Below, in pieces: positions 51,501 through 62,882 of a DNA stretch of 64,000 bases. Below the pieces are notes generated by a model. The model worked only from the letters and a program-made list of their open reading frames with translations. It made no database searches and was not told where the DNA came from. Position 1 is the first letter of the stretch; each line of letters begins with the position of its first letter. The DNA is from Mobula hypostoma (taxonomy: Eukaryota), in the NCBI RefSeq assembly GCF_963921235.1, contig NC_086097.1, forward strand, positions 6,820,001 through 6,884,000, written 5' to 3'. The position numbers were made by a program, and so were the translations under genes.

Positions 51501-52579
51501 AGCCACTAATAATTGCTGAATTCCAAAGAAATAGTGAAATGAGTTTCAGCTGTCTACTTTCTGCAGCCCCACAACAACAGGGTGGAATTAATCAATCTCC
51601 AATGCCTTTTTCATGAACTGCGGGTTATTTATATTACCAGTTCCATGAGCTCGAGTAGAAGACAACAGTCTCTTCTTGGGCCTAGATAGTAATTGTACAG
51701 CACTTCAACAGCACTCACATGTTTGGTTGAGGTCACAGTGGCACAAATGATTATGTACTTATAAGACAGCCCTTGTGCCAGTAAATCAATAAAAGACTTT
51801 TGAAAATGCCTTTAGTCCTTGACACAAAATAGGAGCCAAGATGAGGAATTTAAATGCAATGTATGGCTCGTATTCCAACCTTACTGAGCTGTTGCTATAG
51901 CAATTTAGAGTGCCGAATCACTAAAATAAAGATGATTGTATTTATGACAGGAGCCCCCTTGTGCTTAATCTAGGAAATGTGTTATATGTTCACACTGACT
52001 GGAATTCTGTGTCTGAGTTGAATCATACAGGTTCCCTTTTGAAATTCAGTACATGAAATATGACTTAAAGTAGTCATACATTGTGAGAGATTCAGCTCCA
52101 ATAAGCTAATAGTGCTGCTAGAACAGAAAATTGCCTTGCCGACCTCAAGACTGAAAGAGTCAAAATTGTTTAATGTCATTTCCAGTACACAAGTGAAAAG
52201 GAGAGTGAAATGTTACTCTGGATCTGATGCAGCACAAAACAACAATACAGTAAGATAAAGAACACAATAATTTAAAAAACACAATAAATATAAATACATA
52301 AGATAGCTCATATACATAGATGGATTGTATGTCCATAAAGTGTCGCTGGAGTGTCTGTACATAAGGTGACTGACAGGAAATGATAAAATAGTGTGTTTGG
52401 GGGTGTGGAGGGGAGGGTAGTGGGTGGAGGTGCTAATCAAATAAACTGATATATTGAGCATCATAATTTACACCTTCTCTATAATTTTCTCAGTTGTTGT
52501 CTCAGAAAGTTACAACTGCACAAGTCATTAGTAAGATCACTGTTGGGGTATTGTGTGCAGTTTTGGTTGCCCAGCTATT

Positions 52580-53030
52580 GTGAACACAGCCCAGCACATC
52601 ACACAAACCAATCTTCTCTCCTTAGACTCACTTTACACCGCACGCTGTTGGCGCAGTGCTGCCAGGATAATCAAGGACATAACACACCCAGCCAACACAC
52701 TTCTCGTCCCTCTTCCCTCCAGGAGAAGGCTCAGGAGCTTAAAGACTCATACGGCCAGATTTGGGAACAGCTTCTTTCCAACTGTGATAAGACTGCTGAA
52801 CGGATCCTGACCCAGATCTGGGCCGTACCCTTCAAATATCCATACCTGCCTCTTGGTTTTTTTGCACTACCTTACTTTCCATTTTCTATTTTCTATTTAT
52901 GATTTATAATTTAAATTTTTAATATTTACTATCAATTTGTACTCCAGGGAGCGGGAAGCGTAGAATCAAATATCGCTGTGATGATTGTACATTCTAGTAT
53001 CGTTTGGCGACAATAAAGTATAAAGTATAG
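52580..53030 (+). mobile_element. Rex-type 3' fragment inside a CR1 remnant
   Basis: ORF 52553-52810 (AARIIKDITHPANTL..PLPSRRR...NSFFPTVIRLLN) with a (TATAAAG)n tail. CR1 text flanks it: gggtattgtgtgcagttttgg on the left and ataggaaagctg on the right. Confidence 0.8.
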
Positions 53031-53149
53031 GAAAGCTGTTACTAAGTTGAAAAGTGTCCAGAAAGGATTAATGAGGATACTATTGGAATGGGAGGACTTG
53101 AGTTATGAGGAGAGGAGGATTCTTCCCATGTAATTCGGAAGACTTCTCC

Positions 53150-53555
53150 ATGTGGACTGCAACCTTGTCATCGCGTGGCTCAATGACCCTGAGAGCTACG
53201 TTGGCTGGAGTCAGGGCTCTATGCTTTAACCCTAGCTAGGGTCAGTCATGCCAAACAGGTTAAAAGGTTTAGACCAGACTGAGTGGTCCACCAGTCCTCC
53301 AGCTTCAGGGTTCAGCTCGGGTCTAAAAACCCCGGCTGTTAAAAACAAAATGATTATGGAACAGCAATGAAGAATCCTTCTACATCTGAGTGTGGCAGTA
53401 TTCTGAGTCTCCATTTGGGACCTGCGTGACTGACAGTGGTAAATACCAAGAGGAAGCTACTGACATGATGTGGGAACACCTGAAAACCAGATGGAGATGG
53501 AAGACCTTCATTGCTGCCCGAAGTGCCAGTGCCGCGAAGGGCAGTAAGTAAGTCA
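53150..53555 (+). mobile_element. Bipartite RTE non-autonomous element
   Basis: Homolog of 35110-35515; ends gggcagtaagtaag. Confidence 0.65.
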
Positions 53556-54033
53556 GTAATGCAGAAGACCAAGGGTGACCTTGCACAGGCAGATAAAATT
53601 ATCAGACATGGATGGTTATAGCCATTTTTCCAGAGTAGAAGATTTGAAATCCAGAGGAAAGAGATTTAACTTGTGATGGGCAAGATTTATAATGGATCTG
53701 AGGGGCAACTTTTCACAAAGAGGGTGATAGGGGCATGAAATAAGCTGTCAGAGGTCGTTACAGTGATGAATAGGAAAGGTTTAATTGGCAGTTGGACCAG
53801 AGAGGAAACTTTTTTATGAATGCAGAGGCCGGTGGGTATATGGAATGAGATGCCAGCGGAAGCTGTTATAAAAATGCTTAAAGGATATTTCAGCAGACGC
53901 ATGGGGGTACAAGATTTAGAGGAATATAAATCAAATCATGGACAAATGATGAACCAATTAGTTTCTTCTCTTTCACATTTGTGTCCTGAAAATGACATTG
54001 AACAATCCTGAAAGCTGAACCTTGAATAAGAAT

Positions 54034-55902
54034 TTAAACGCAAACAACAGGAATTCTGCAGATGCTGGAACTTCAAGCAACACACATCAAAGTTGCGGTG
54101 AACGCAGCAGGCCAGGCAGCATCTGTAGGAAGAGGTGCAGTCGACGTTTCAGGCCGAGGCCCTTCGTCTGGACTAAATGAAGGAAGAGTGAGTAAGGGAT
54201 TTGAAAGCTGGAGGGGGAGGGGGAGATCCAAAATGATAGGAGAAGACTGGAGGGGGAGGGATGGAGCCAAGAGCTGAACAGGTGATAGGCAAAAGGGATA
54301 AGAGAGGATCATGGGACAGGAGGTCCGGGAAGAAAGACAAGGGGTGGGGGGGGGAACCAGAGGATGGGCAAGAGGTATATTCAAAGGGACAGAGGGAGAA
54401 AAAGGAGAGTGAGAGAAAGAATGTGTGCATAAAAATAAGTAACAGATGGGGTACGAGGGAGAGGTGGGGCCTTAGCAGAAGTTAGAGAAGTCGATGTTCA
54501 TGCCATCAGGTTGAAGGCTACCCAGACGGAATATAAGGTGTTGTTCCTCCAACCTGAGTGTGGCTTCATCTTTACAGTAGAGGAGGCCGTGGATAGACAT
54601 GTCAGAATGGGAATGGGATGTGGAATTAAAATGTGTGGCCACTGGGAGATCCTGCTTTCTCTGGCGGACAGAGAATAGATGTTCAGCAAAGCGGTCTCCC
54701 AGTCTGCGTCGGGTCTCGCCAATATATAAAAGGCCACATCGGGAGCACCGGATGCAGTATATCACCCCAGTCGACTCACAGGTGAAGTGTTGCCTCACCT
54801 GGAAGGACTGTTTGGGGCCCTGAATGGTGGTAAGGGAGGAAGTGTAAGGGCATGTGTAGCACCTGTTCCGCTTACATGGATAAGTGCCAGGAGGGAGATC
54901 AGTGGGGAGGGATGGGGGGGACGAATGGACAAGGGAGTTGCGTAGGGAGCGATCCCTGCGGAATGCAGAGAGAGGGGGGGAAGGAAAGATGTGCTTAGTG
55001 GTGGGATCCCGTTGGAGGTGGCGGAAGTTACGGAGAATAGTATGTTGGACCCGGAGGCTGGTGAGGTGGTAGCTGAGGACCAGGGGAACCCTATTCCTAT
55101 TTGGGTGGCGGGAGAATGGAGTGAGAGCAGATGTACGTGAAATGCGGGAGATGCGTTTAAGAGCAGAGTTGATAGTGGAGGAAGGGAAGCCCCTTTCTTT
55201 AAAAAAGGAAGACATCTCCCTCGTCCTAGAATGAAAAGCCTCATCCTGAGAGCAGATGCGGCGGAGACAGAGGAATTGCGAGAAGGGGATGGCGTTTTTG
55301 CAAGAGACAGGGTGAGAAGAGGAATAGTCCAGATAGCTGTGAGAGTCAGTAGGCTTACAGTAGACATCAGTGGATAAGCTGTCTCCAGAGACAGAGACAG
55401 AAAGATCTAGAAAGGGGAGGCAGGTGTCGGAAATGGACCAGGTAAACTTGAGGGCAGGGTGAAAGTTGGAGGCAAAGTTAATAAGTCAACAAGTTCTGCA
55501 TGCGTGCAGGAAGCAGCGCCAATGCCGTCGTCGATGTAGCGAAGGAAAAGTGGGGGACAGATACCAGAATAGGCACGGAACATAGATTGTTCCACAAAGC
55601 CAACAAAAAGGCAGGCATAGCTAGGACCCATACGGGTGCCCATAGCTACACCTTTGGTTTGGAGGACGTGGGAGGAGCCAAAGGAGAAATTATTAAGAGT
55701 AAGGACTAATTCCGCTAGACGGAGCAGAGTGGTGGTAGAGGGGAACTGATTAGGTCTGGAATCCAAAAAGAAGCGTAGAGCTTTGAGACCTTCCTGATGG
55801 GGGATGGAAGTATATAAGGGTCTTGGCCTGAAACGTTGACTGCACCTCTTCCTGCAAATGCTGCCTGGCCTGCTGCGTTCACCAGCAACTTTGATGTGTG
55901 TT
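54034..55902 (-). mobile_element. Penelope-like retroelement, 5'-truncated RT + GIY-YIG endonuclease, with inverted partial pLTR
   Basis: ORF 54472-55215 has VIYCIRCSRCGLLYIGETRRRLGDRFAEH (GIY-YIG). ORF 55407-55766 has GVAMGTRMGPSYA and FLRYIDD (RT). The inverted pLTR is 55817-55902. The TSD is ccttgaataagaat (54020-54033) and ccttgaataggaat (55903-55916). Confidence 0.95.
54472..55215 (-). pseudogene. PLE ORF C-terminal part (RT thumb/linker + GIY-YIG endonuclease)
   Basis: 247-aa open stretch with a CxxxxCxxC linker and GIY-YIG motifs; the upstream RT is frameshifted. Confidence 0.85.
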
Positions 55903-56004
55903 CCTTGAATAGGAATAGTTGGATAGCAGTTTGGTCAGAGTTGCTGAGATGGGTCAAAGGGCCTGTTCCTGTGTTGGATAGCTCTCTGATTCTATGATTC
56001 GAAA

Positions 56005-58332
56005 CCTACATGCCTGCAAAACCATTTTACCTGCCGTGGGAGATTTCAGCCATCATTTTGGTAACAGCGTGCATTCCACCTCAGGCCAATGGCACATGGG
56101 CTCTGGATAATCTGAGCAATGTGATCAACAGACATGAAACAAGAAATCCTGATGCCTTCCCCATCATTTTCATGGACTTTAATTGGGCCAGTCTGAGAAA
56201 AATCACTGGATAATTATCAGCAACAGATCGGGTGTAGAACCAGAGGAAGCAACACACTGGACCACTGTTACAGCACCATCAAGAGAGCTTACTGTGCTAT
56301 TCCATTCCCACACTTAGGAAAGTCTGATCACCTGGCTGTACTTCTACTCCCTGAGTATAGGCAGAGACTGAAGACTGCAGCACCAGTAGTGAGGACCAAG
56401 AGGTATGGACAAGGGAAACACAGGAGCGCCAACAGGACTGCTTTGAATCAGTGGACTGGACTGTATTGAGGGATTCATCTTCAAATCTAGATGAGTATGC
56501 TGCTGTTGTCACTGACTTCATTAAAACCTGTGTGGATGAGTGTGTGCCTTCGAAAACTTGCTGTACATACCCAAACCAAAAGCCCTGGATGAATCAGGAG
56601 GTTCTCAGTCCGCTGAGGGCTAGATCTGTGGCATTTAAGTCTGGTGACCCAGGTCAATGCAAGAAAACCAGGTATGACTTGCAGAGGGCTATTTCAAGAG
56701 CTAAGGAGCAACTCCAAGAGAGGTTGGAGGCCACACTGGATGCATATCAACTCTGGCAAGGTTTGCAGGCCATTACTTCTTACAAAGCGAATCCCAACAT
56801 CAGGAATGGCAGTCATGCTTCACTCCCAGACAAGTTCAATGTCTTTTATACTCACTTTGAAAGGGATTATAAAACTACAGTTACGAGGATCCCTGCTTCA
56901 CCTGGCAACCCTGTGAGGCCTGTCCCGAAAGCCGATGTCAGGCTGTCTTTCAGGAGGTTGAACCCTTGAAAGGCTGTAGGCTGCGATGGAGTACCTGGTA
57001 AGGCTCCGAAACCTTGTGCCAACCAACTGGCAAGAGTATTCAAGAACATTTTCAACCTCTCACTGCTATGGTCGGATGTTCCCACCTGCTTCAGAAGGGA
57101 AACAATTATACCACTGCCTCGAAGATTAATGTGGGCTGTCTTAACGACGATCATCCAGTAGCACTCTTATCTATGGTGATGAAATGCTTTTAGAAGTTGG
57201 TCATGACTGGAATCAACTCCTGCCTCAGCAAGGACCTGGACCCAGTGCAATTTGCCTAGGTCTACGGTGGACACAATCCCAATGACTTGGATCACTTGGA
57301 CAAGATGTTAGGTTGCTGTTCATATATTATAACTCAGTATTTAACACCATCATTCCCACAGCCCTCACTGAGAAGCTGCAGAACCTGGGCCTCTGTACCT
57401 CCCTCTGCAATTGGATCCTCGACTTCGCAAACGGAAGACCACAATCTGTGCAGAATGGTTATAACTTCTCCACCCTGTTGGCGATCAACACTAGCGCTTC
57501 ACAAGGAAGTGTGCTTAGCCCACTGTTCTCCTCTCTCTACACCCATGACTGTGTGGCTAGGTATAGCTCAAATGCCATCTATAAATTTGCAGATGATAAA
57601 TTTTTGGCAGAATCTCAGATGGTGATGAGAGGGCATACAGGAGTGAGATATACCAGCAAGTTTAGTGGTATCACAGCAACAATCTTGCACTTAACATCAG
57701 TAAGATCAACGAGCTGATTGTGGAATTCAGAAAGGGCAAGATGAGGGAACACAAACTATAGAGAAGGCAAGGCAGCAGCTATATTTCTTTAGAAGTTTGA
57801 GGAGATTTGATTATCAATGGAGACCATTCTGACTGGTTGCATCTCTGTCTCATATGTGGGGGAGGGGTCCACTGCACGGTATCAAAGTGAACTGCAGAGA
57901 GATGTGAAATTACTCAGCTCCATCTTGGGTACTAGCCTCCATAGTATCTGAGACACCTTCAAAGAGTGGTACCTCCGAAAGGTGATGTCCATCATTAAGG
58001 ACCCCAGCAGTCAGGACATGCCCTCTTCTCATTGTTATCATCAAGGAAGAGGTACAAAAGCCTGAAGGCAGACATTCAGCAATTCAGGAACAGCTTCTTC
58101 CCCTCTGCAATCTGATTTCTAAATGGACATTGTACCCATGAAAACAACCTCACAACTTTTTTGAAATTTCTGTTTTTGCACTACTTGTTTCAATTTAACT
58201 ATTTAGTATACACATATATACTGTAATTCAGCTTTTTTCTATATTTATTGTGTATTGAATTGTACTACTGCCACAAAGTTAACACATGTCATGACATATC
58301 AACATGATATGAAACCTGATTCTAATTCTGAT
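56005..58332 (+). mobile_element. Rex1/Babar-type LINE, degenerate endonuclease-RT
   Basis: ORFs 56010-56213 (PFYLP.E.S, DFN), 56451-56969 (YPNQKPWMN) and 57313-57717 (LCNWILDF, QGSVLSP, KFADD); ATTCTG tail. Confidence 0.9.
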
Positions 58333-59043
58333 TTATATTCTTCTGAATTCCACAGAATGCAGAACCATCCAACTTAATAAGAATATATGAAAAAGAACAG
58401 GAGAAGGCTATTTGGCTTTCATGTCTACTACAACTACAGAAATTTGTAAACTCAGTTAACTCTATCATGGTCACTCACCTCCCCAGCATTAGCCATGATG
58501 GAAAGGCGGAGCAGACTCGCAGGGCTGAATGGCCTAATTCTGCTTCTATGTCTTATGGTCTTGTGACCCTATGGAAATCTTCAAAGAGCGGTGCCTCATA
58601 AAGGTGACATCTATCATTAAGGACTCCCTTCACTCAGGATATGCCATCTTCTCATTGCTACCATCAGGGAGGAATTATGGGAGCCTGAAAACACTCACTC
58701 AATGATTCAGGAATATCTTCTTTTATTACTCATTTCCATCCTGGGAAGAAGTATCTGGCTGTCCACTCGAACTATGCTTCTTATCATCCTGTACATCTCC
58801 ATCACCTCTCATCCTTTTTCACTCCATCCCAGCTGGCTCAACCTTTTCTCATAAGACATGCTCTCTAATCCAGGCAGCATCTCTTCTGCACCCCCTCTAA
58901 AGCTTCCACATCCTTCCTATAACGAGGGGACCAGAATATTCCAAATCGTAAACACAAAATAATCTGCAGATGCTGTTGTCAAAGGAACACTCACAATGCG
59001 CTGGAGGAACTCAGCAGGTCAGTCAGCATCAGTTGAAAAAATT

Positions 59044-59079
59044 AGTCGACGTTTCGGGCTGAAACCCTTCGTCAGGACT
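59044..59079 (-). ncRNA. Minimal type I hammerhead ribozyme motif (PLE-associated)
   Basis: The reverse complement reads AGUC-CUGACGA-A-GGG-uuucag-CCC-GAAA-CGUC-GACU, with all core nucleotides present. Confidence 0.8.
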
Positions 59080-59585
59080 GAAGGAAGAACTTTGGGGAGG
59101 ATTTGAAGAATGCTGGTAGTCGAAAAAATCATTAATTTGAAAGACAACGTGAAACCCGATGCAGATTGGGGGACCGCTTCGTCGAGCACCTCCACTCCGT
59201 CCGCCACAACAGACAGGATCTCCCGGTAGCCACCCACTTCAACTCTGCTTCCCATTCCCATTCAGATATGTCCATACATGGCCTCCTCTACTGCCATGAT
59301 GACGCCAAACTGAGGTTGGAGGAACAGCACCTCATATACGGTCTAGGTAGTCTCCAGCCCTCTGGTATGAACATAGAATTCTCCAACTTCCGGTAATTCC
59401 CTCCCCCTCCCTTCCTCTATCCCTATTTCACATCAGCTCCCTCATAGTTCCGCCTCCTTCTACTACTGCGCATTGTTCTCCTGCCAATCACCTCCCTGCT
59501 TCCCCTCCCCCACCCCTTTGTCTTTCAAATTACTGTTTTTATCAACTACCAGCATTCTTCAAACCCTCCCCAAAGTTCATCCTTC

Positions 59586-59621
59586 AGTCCTGACGAAGGG
59601 TTTCGGCCCGAAACGTCGACT
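59586..59621 (+). ncRNA. Minimal type I hammerhead ribozyme motif (PLE-associated)
   Basis: AGUC-CUGACGA-A-GGG-uuucgg-CCC-GAAA-CGUC-GACU; predicted cleavage 3' of C59617. Confidence 0.8.
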
Positions 59622-60464
59622 AATCTTTTCAACTGATGCTGACTGACCTGCTGAGTTCCTCCAGCGCATTGTGAGTGTTCAATATTCCAAGTGTGATCCA
59701 TTAAAAGTTTCATACAGCTGCGATATTATCTCATGGTTCTTGAATTTAATCACCCAACTAATGAAGACCAATGCACTGTATGCTTTCTTATCTACCCTAT
59801 CAACTTGCGTAGCAACTTTTTGGGATCTGTGGATCACTCTGTTCTTCCGTACTGCTAAGAATTTTACCGTTATCCCCCGTCTTCAAATTCAACCACTTGA
59901 GCGAATCACTTCACACTTTTCTGCATTGAACTCTATCTTCCACATGTCAGCACAGCTCTGCATCTTAACAATGTCCAAGTGTAATATACAACAAACAGCT
60001 ACTCAATCCATCACACCATCAAACTTCCTGGCATTTGCAAAATTACTAATGCACCCTTCCACTTCATCATCCAAATCACTTATGAAAATCACAAAGAATA
60101 GGGGTCCCAGACCTCTGCAGACTACATTCCATCTACTACAACACTCTGGGTTCAGTGGGCAAGCCAATTCTGAATCTATGCAGCCAAGTTTCCTTGAATC
60201 CCATGTCTCCTGACTTTTTGACTGAGTCAATCATGGGGAACTTTGTCAAAAGTTTACTAAAATCCATATACACCACTTTCACTTCTCTTCCTTCAGCAAC
60301 TTCTTTGTCACATCCTCAAAGAACTCAATCAATGAGGCAACCTGTGCGTCACAAAGCCATGCTGAGTATCCCTGATCAGACTATGCTTCTCCAAATACTC
60401 ATAAATCATGTTTCTAAGAATCTTCTTCAATTGTTTGCCCATCACTGATATAAAACTCACTAGA

Positions 60465-60905
60465 CCATAAAACAGAAAATATAGGAGCAGAATTAGGTCA
60501 TTCAGCCCATCGAGTCTGCTCTGTCATTTCACCATGGCTGATTTATTAGCCCTCTCTTCCTTCTCCCCATAACCTTTGAAGCCCTGACTAATCAGGAATA
60601 TATTAACCTCCACTTTAACTATACCCATTGACTTGACCTCCACAACCATCTATGACAATGAATTCCACAAGTTCACCACTCTTCAGTTAAAGAAGTCCTT
60701 CCTTGTCTCCATTATAAATGGACATTCCTCTATTCTGAGACTGTGCCCTCTGGTACTAGACCCCCCTCACTATAGGAAACATCCTCTGCACATCCACTCT
60801 ATCTTGGGCTTTCAATTATCCTTATTACCTTCCTTAAAATGTCCAATTCCCATGATTATTTTTTTGAATAAAGGAATTGTACTTGCAACCCTCCAATCAT
60901 CTTCT
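60465..60905 (-). mobile_element. CR1 3' end plus RT fragment
   Basis: Homologous to 960-1300. Confidence 0.7.
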
Positions 60906-61049
60906 ACTGCTTCTGAGACCTTTGTTTCTCAATCCCAGAGCTCTCGGGGCTGGAGCATTCCAAACAGCCACTGTCCTCTATCTGGTCAAATTCTCCAGTG
61001 ATGAAGTCTGTTCTGATGACGATTCCATAACTGAAGAATGTGACCACCA

Positions 61050-61680
61050 ATTATTTATTTGTTTATTTATTTAGAGATACAGCGCAGACCAGGCGTTCTG
61101 GCCCAATGAGCTGCACCACCCAGCAACCTACCTATTAAACCCGAGCCTAATTACATGACAATTTACATTGACCAATTAACCTACCAACCAGTATGTCTTT
61201 GGACTGTTGGGGGGGAAACCGGGGCACCCGGAGGAAACCCATTTGATTCACAGGAAGGTGGCACAAACTTCTTGCATATGGCAGCAGAACTGAGCTCGGA
61301 ACTCCGATGCCTCAAGTTGTAATAGCACCATGCTAACTGATGCGTTACCGCGGATCCCCAAATTTTTTGTCAAATTTTATTCATTTAGTGCTACAGTGCA
61401 GAGTAGGCCTTCCTACTCGTTCAATCCGTGTCACTTCAACAACCCCACAACCCCAATTAACCCAAACCTAATCATGGGGCAGCTTACAATGATCAGTCAG
61501 CCTACCCCGTACATCCTTGGAATGCTGGTGAAAACTGGAAAATCCAAGGCAAACCCACACATTCCGTGAGGAGGACCACAGAGGCTCCTTACAGAATGGT
61601 ACAGAAATTGAACTCCAAGATCCAGAACACCCCAAGCTGTAACAGATTTTGCTAACTGCTGTGCTACTGTGGTGCCTAAT
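61050..61680 (-). mobile_element. Two V-SINE-like copies
   Basis: ggaaaccggggcacccggaggaaaccc and related V-domain text; (TTTA)n ends. Confidence 0.7.
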
Positions 61681-62324
61681 GCTTGCTGAAAGACAATGTA
61701 GACCAATTGGAAATAGACACATCTGGCATAAGACAGCAATAAATTGCAAACTTTATTGTTAGTCCTCTTCTGATGCAGAAATTCAAGACTGGCCTTCAAG
61801 GAAACATCCCACACAGATTTATTGAACTTTCTGGAATGAAGGCAGGTAGTATGGACAAGCCACCAGCACGTCATTCTGCCCAAGCACACCTCCCTGTTCG
61901 TTGTAAGGCTCATTTCCACTACGGGTGCTGTCGCCAATATCCAAACTTTGATCTGCAGGATCAGAAACCAACCACTGGACAGTCTCTGAGCAGACACACT
62001 GCATGCGCCACCCACCCTTGAATAGATACCCAAGTCAGAGAAAACATCAACTCAATATCTGTTCTGTCAAGTTCTATAAGTTTCAATGAGACCTAATGCT
62101 TATAAACTCAAATATATGTTTAATATGTAATCCCAGTCTTGTTAATTTCTCTAAGATAGCAAAACTCTGCCCCAGAAATCAATATGATAAACCTTCGCTG
62201 CTCCACCTTGACAAAACTGCCATTGAACCGAATTACTGAATACTTTTTCTGTGCAGTTTCTGTAAGTGATGACCAACAGAATAGTTCAGAAGGGGGAAGA
62301 ATAAAAAAAGCAAAGCAAACTACA

Positions 62325-62570
62325 ACTATAACTCATGTTCTCAATATTTGTTGCTTATCTATTTATTATTATTACTCCTTTTTTTCTCTTTTTGTATTTG
62401 CACAGTCAGTAGTCTTTTGCACACTGATGTTCATCAGTCTTTGTCGTGTGTGGTTTTTCATTGGTTCTGTAGTCTTCCCTTGCAGTTACTGTGAATGCCC
62501 ACAGGAAAATAAATCTCAGAGTTGTACATGTATGTATTTGATGGTAAATTTACTTTGAACGTTGATCTTT
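62325..62570 (+). mobile_element. Rex-type 3' tail
   Basis: gtgaatgcccacaggaaaataaatctcag...tttactttgaac. Confidence 0.6.
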
Positions 62571-62882
62571 CAAGCTGTGTAAGCTGAAGGCTAAGGCTGG
62601 TGGGGAGGTGGGATTATTTTGTTTGATATCGCTGTTAAATTAATTACCAATAGCTTCCCAAATGTGATTTTCTTAGCATTTCTCTATTTTGTTAGTGCTG
62701 TTAATAAATAAATTTTGAAACTTTCATTCATAGCAAAAAAGGGCACAGGTACCTCTACTCACTGAGGAATCTAAAGAAATTCAGCATAGTTCCAGGTTGA
62801 TTCAGAATTAGAAACAGGTTTAATATCACCAGCATAGGTCGTGAAAGTTATTGTTATATGGCAACAGTACAAAGCAAACAAA

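Larger units (their letters stand above)
58945..59680 (+). mobile_element. Short PLE with ~160-bp inverted pLTRs, GIY-YIG C-terminal remnant and 10-bp TSD
   Basis: Arms are 58985-59147 and 59518-59680. ORF 59166-59396 reads GDRFVEHL...RLEEQHLIY.LGSLQP.GMN. The TSD aatattccaa lies at 58935-58944 and 59681-59690. Confidence 0.93.
58730..60465 (-). mobile_element. Old CR1 fragment hosting the PLE insertion
   Basis: CR1 reverse-complement text occurs on both sides of 58945-59680; ORF 60003-60230 includes LGPLFFVIFISDLDDEVEGCISNFAN. Confidence 0.8.

Noticed and set aside
54795..55367. 190-aa Ser/Pro-rich ORF
   Set aside because: Alternative frame of the PLE ORF.
61497..62033. 178-aa ORF and the overlapping 82-aa ORF
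   Set aside because: No recognisable motif; the longer ORF runs into a SINE.
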